A stretch of DNA of 64,000 nucleotides. Source: Eledone cirrhosa (taxonomy: Eukaryota). This document shows positions 59,511 to 64,000 of this stretch, piece by piece. Position 1 is the stretch's first letter. The number at the start of each line of letters is the position of its first letter. The notes under the pieces are model-generated. The model was not told the origin of the DNA. It was given only the letters and a program-made list of their open reading frames with translations, and ran no database searches. The stretch lies in assembly GCA_964016885.1 (NCBI GenBank), contig CAXHJY010000126.1, positions 1-64,000 of the forward strand, read 5' to 3'. The translations under genes were made by a program, and so were the position numbers.

Positions 59511-60371
59511 TATATATGCATATATATACATACACACATATACATATATACATATATACATATATATATACATATATATATATAATTTAAAAATCTAATG
59601 TATAAAAACGAGATTTACTTTTCAAATGAAAGAGAAGAAAACTACTAAGTAAAAATGACAAGTCATAAATATATAATAGAAGAAGCTGTCCATAGCGGGT
59701 GTATGTGATAGAATGGTAATGTGCTGTCTCCAGAAATCGCACACTAATAAATGATACTTAATACCATATAACACTACATAACTTAGAACCTAATGTAATT
59801 CTTTCGTATGTAAATAACAAGTGATTATACTGTCCTCACAATCACACACACACATAAGTACATATGTATGTATGTTTGTATGCAGGTATGTATGTATGCA
59901 TGTATGTATGTAAGCATGTATGTATGAATATATGTATATGCAGGTATGTATGTAAGTATGTATCTATTTATGTATATGTGTATGCAGGTGTGTATGAATA
60001 TAAATATGTATGCAGGTATGTATCCATGCGTGCGTTCCTGTATGTATTTCTTGTTTCGTATCTTCCACGCTGCAGCGCCCTGGATTCTAAATAGAAACAC
60101 GGCAGTGTTTATATATCTAATACTGTTGGTTGGTCTTTCTAACTGTGAGAATACGTAGAATATTCGTAAACTGAGAAGTTCTAATAAAACTGAAACATGC
60201 TCGCTGCTTTCACTTGCTTAATGACTATATATAATACCAATGCAGCTTATGAATAAAAGGCAAATTACGAATGTTTCAACGAATGAAAGGCAAAGACATC
60301 AGTGTGTTTTGAACATGGAACACAAAGAACCGGAATAAATACTACAGGGCCTTTCGTCCGACTCTCTAACG

Positions 60372-60620
60372 CAGTGGTTCCAAAACTGTTCATCGCGAGA
60401 TGTAACTAGATGCACTGCGAAAGATTACGTTTTCAGATGTGAAAAATACAAACTGAAATTCGTAAGAAACTCATATATAGTTGTCAAAATGGCAAACAAA
60501 TAATGCTTAGTAACAAAGTTTGCGAAAAATAACACGATCTGTCATTTATGGTAAAAAGTGCGCCAGCATATTTTTACTTTTTTAAAAATGCGTCGTGTAA
60601 AGAAAGTGTGGGAACAACTA
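60372..60620. mobile_element. hAT-type MITE inserted in a SINE remnant
   Basis: TIRs cagtggttccaaaact / agtgtgggaacaacta; imperfect TSD ctctaacg / ttctaact. Confidence 0.55.
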
Positions 60621-61737
60621 TTCTAACTCTTCTGCTTTTTTATCTGCCTTAGCATTTTGTTTATTTTAATCCTTTATTATCTGTTTTTAAGATCAACTAA
60701 AATGCCTATCAGTTTTCTGATTTACCACGCATGTAACTTTTGAATGCTCAGTCTGACTATTTAATACAGTGTCTGATCAACAAAAACTGCAGATTCATTG
60801 AGTCGCTTTGTACTGAAAGGTGCTAGTAATGCTTTTGAGAGATTCATAAATGACACAATTTTAGTTTGCGTCTGTATAAACTTGTTACGCTGATTTTTTT
60901 TTTTTTGGTAGGGGGAGGGTGCTGTTGTTTTTTCATCACAGCAATTGTTTTAACTTCAAGACAATCACTGATAAAAACCATTCCAACAACGATTGAATTT
61001 TATTTATGGGGGTATCAAGGGATTTTTAATCTAGCCTATATCTTCAAGATGGCGTTGGTCCGAATTTTGTAAAATGTGGCGTCTATGCCTATATAGTACG
61101 TCGAATCGCCATGTGAAGGCTCACTCAGTGGTTAATAAATATTTAACCATTTTAGTTGAGCAATGTTAGTGTCTGAAATATAAATCAGCTCCAGTGAGTT
61201 AATTGCATTTTGCTGTTTAGTCAGTAAAGGACGAGTAGTATCCAGAGCTTCCTAGACTGGTTAGGAGGGAGAGAGAACTATTTCTCAAAATTGAAACCTC
61301 TTTTGAATGTTTGCAACAGGATTAACCCCACTAAATATACCCAAGGACTATGCGGTGACTTTAAACTATGTGGCCGATTAAATCCATTACTCTATTCCAT
61401 AAACGACGGAGAGAAAGAAAGAGCACCTTGACGGACTAAATTATTTCTTAGGAAATAAAGTTTCTGTGGGAGAAATGCTAACAACTTCATATCATAAAAG
61501 CTGGATTTGTTACTAGAACAACTCCAAGGACAAACTGATGGGATATACAGTAGGAAACGGAAATAAATATATATCTCTTGGTTAGTGGATTATTGGAATC
61601 ATTAAAGTCCAGGACAAAAGGCTTTGCGATATTTTGTTGCAACCCTTTATGTTCCAAATTCAAATCCTGTAGTGGTTGACATTTCAGTTTTCTCTGTTCT
61701 TCTATGGTCAATGAACTAACTCCCAAAATGAACTGGG

Positions 61738-61781
<44 letters not shown>

Positions 61782-61782
<1 letters not shown>

Positions 61783-62102
61783 GAATATCTGTTGGTTGTT
61801 TACCGACACCTCAGTATGCAGGTAGGAGCATTCAACGAAGTGCGCAGGTTGGTTTGTTCACTCTGGAGTAATGTAAAATAAAATGCGTAAGTCAAACATA
61901 TTAAAGTTGGCTTCGTTTATTCCAATTCGCTGCTATATATATTTCAGTGACAGCCATTATTGGCTGTGACCTCATCAGGCGGTAAGTATTTAGGCAGAAA
62001 AAAACAGGAAAACATGATGTTGTAATGGGTTCTACCCTGTTAATTCATCGATATGTCCAGCTCCAGTGTGCGTTGTTAGTCCTCAAAGGAACTGGAATCA
62101 TA
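61782..62102 (-). mobile_element. Single-arm diverged copy of HHR family B
   Basis: Homologous to 28595-29097; HHR 61929-61983: accgc CTGATGA ggtcacagcca-ataa-tggctgtcact GAAA tatata TA gcagc. Confidence 0.8.
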
Positions 62103-62123
62103 AATATATATATATATATATAT

Positions 62124-62322
62124 AGAATAAAGAAAGTGTGGTAAGATACCAGGTGGACCATAACGCACCAGAGTACTCAATACTTAGAGTAGTAGAGTGG
62201 GTAATAGGAAAAGAGTCAGGACCCCGACGGCGGAGCTCCGGCCGTTTCGACAGCTAGATCCGAACTGTTCGGATCTAGCTGTCGAAACGGCCGGAGCTCA
62301 GCCGTCGGGGTCCTGACTCTTT
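62124..62322. mobile_element. Hairpin insert, family D (second, diverged copy)
   Basis: Near-perfect hairpin 62210-62322 centred on 62266; GAAA cggc-cggagctca-gccg TC gggg. Confidence 0.8.
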
Positions 62323-62325
62323 ATC

Positions 62326-62408
<83 letters not shown>

Positions 62409-64000
62409 GTGTATATATATATATATATATGGATTTTAGTCTTCAAATTTATTATTAATATATATATATATATATATATATATCTACACGTTCAAACATA
62501 TGCACATACACACGATATTCGTGCCTATGTCAGTTATGTTGCTGCAATAGGAGGTTTACTTTCCAATTACAAAGTTCTGGGTTCTAACCCTACATTTTTT
62601 GCTGTTAATAATTATTTCTCTAAAGTTATTTCCTGCATGTCATTGCTCATACATTTGATCCTGTATGTCATTTGTACATACATTTGATCCTGTATGTCAT
62701 TTGTACATACATGCTGAATATTTAAGTCATGATATTCTAGAAATAAAGTATCAAAATATAGTTTTCATCTTCATTCACTTCCACGTGTCAGTGAGGAATA
62801 TAAATTATAGTGTTTCTCTCATGCAAATCATTAATTTATCAAAACGACATTTCCCAGTTTGTATGATAGTTCATATATCCGGCAATCCTGGTATATATGT
62901 CATACCAATCTTGGACTCCAAAAATGAAATATGTTCAATGCTGTTGTAGTTGTTATTGGCGGGTACTCATCCACTAGTACTTAATATAACCAACAAGAAT
63001 TCGCCATCTGTAAGAAGCATTTATTAAACAATGAGAAATATAAAAGAACATATGTGTGTGCGTGTGCGCGTGAGTGTTTGCATGCGCGCACGTGTGTGTG
63101 TGTGCGCGCGCGCGTTTGTGGGGTGTAAATATGTGTATGAGTGAGAGTCAGAAAGAGAAATTAGTTCTCCACATAATGTTACATATTTCTTATTCTTACA
63201 TAATACCAACAAGCCCGACTATTTGCTTTTTACTGATGGTACTTAGAAACCTTGTTAAGATCTGAAATAACTCATATCCAAAATCTCAGCATAAAAGCAA
63301 AAATAATTATTAGTCTGCACTAGAGTGAGTGCATAGGCCTATATGTATGAGAAATATATGTATTTGATACTATTCTCATATTTTCTCACTTGTTTTCCTT
63401 CTTTTTTAACTCAAAGGAAACAAGAGAAATGTAACGGCACAAAAATCACAGGAAAAGTAATCATTCTTAAAATAAATATTGTTATTTTTCTAATTGAAAC
63501 CCGATAGTCTATGTCGGAATATAACATTTTAAGGTCACGTGTGCAAGATTTATTACAGCTACCATTTATGTTTATTTATTCTTTCATATTTGGTTTATGC
63601 TTGAAGTAAGAAAAAATGAAAGCAAATGCCTATATAATTATTTTTCTTTGCTCTGTGGGTACTTTTCAGGCAACTATCTGAATCCAACGCATATACATCT
63701 CGGTTTTATTTATGTATACAATTCAATATAAAACATAACACCATACGTATAATCAAATATTCTCAGGTATATAGACGCTGGTGAATTTTTCTGCCAACAG
63801 AGCATTGGAATAAATATCAATCTTCTCTTTTTTCCTCTATTTTCTTTCTGAATTCAATATCCTCAAGAAGTGCTTATTACCTGTTTTTCCTTCACCGACG
63901 CAAGTTAAGTTAATTCAAAGAACATAAAGATAATCAAGGACATTTCAGCCGAGCTCATCCTGTTTTATATTCAACCCTTTTCAAATGCGTTCATTTCTAA

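Noticed and set aside
62629-62712. Short tandem duplication (also 10353-10500)
   Set aside because: Ordinary local duplications with no further structure.

Overview
Very AT-rich, repeat-dense eukaryotic DNA with no securely identifiable host gene. The SINE and microsatellite content suggests an octopus/cephalopod genome (inference). Positions 1-28 kb hold scattered tRNA-derived (Meta-type) SINEs, hAT MITEs, decayed RTE and Tx1 LINE pieces and microsatellites. Positions ~28.5-59.6 kb are a nested (TA)n insertion sink. It contains a 5'-truncated but stop-free Tx1/L1-clade ORF2, two Penelope-like element (PLE) fragments (GIY-YIG, one also with RT), two rearranged RTE copies, a non-autonomous Helitron and a mariner remnant. 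The main signal is a set of short non-coding inserts flanked by (TA)n, from about seven sequence families. They carry minimal type-I hammerhead ribozyme (HHR) motifs with palindromic stem III, including a U3-A8 core variant. Many form asymmetric fold-backs: a long arm with the full 3' tail and a short arm ending at an internal TA, sometimes joined exactly at HHR stem II. Coordinates were read by eye and ends may be off by a few bases. Nearly all I/Y-rich ORFs in the track are microsatellite artefacts.
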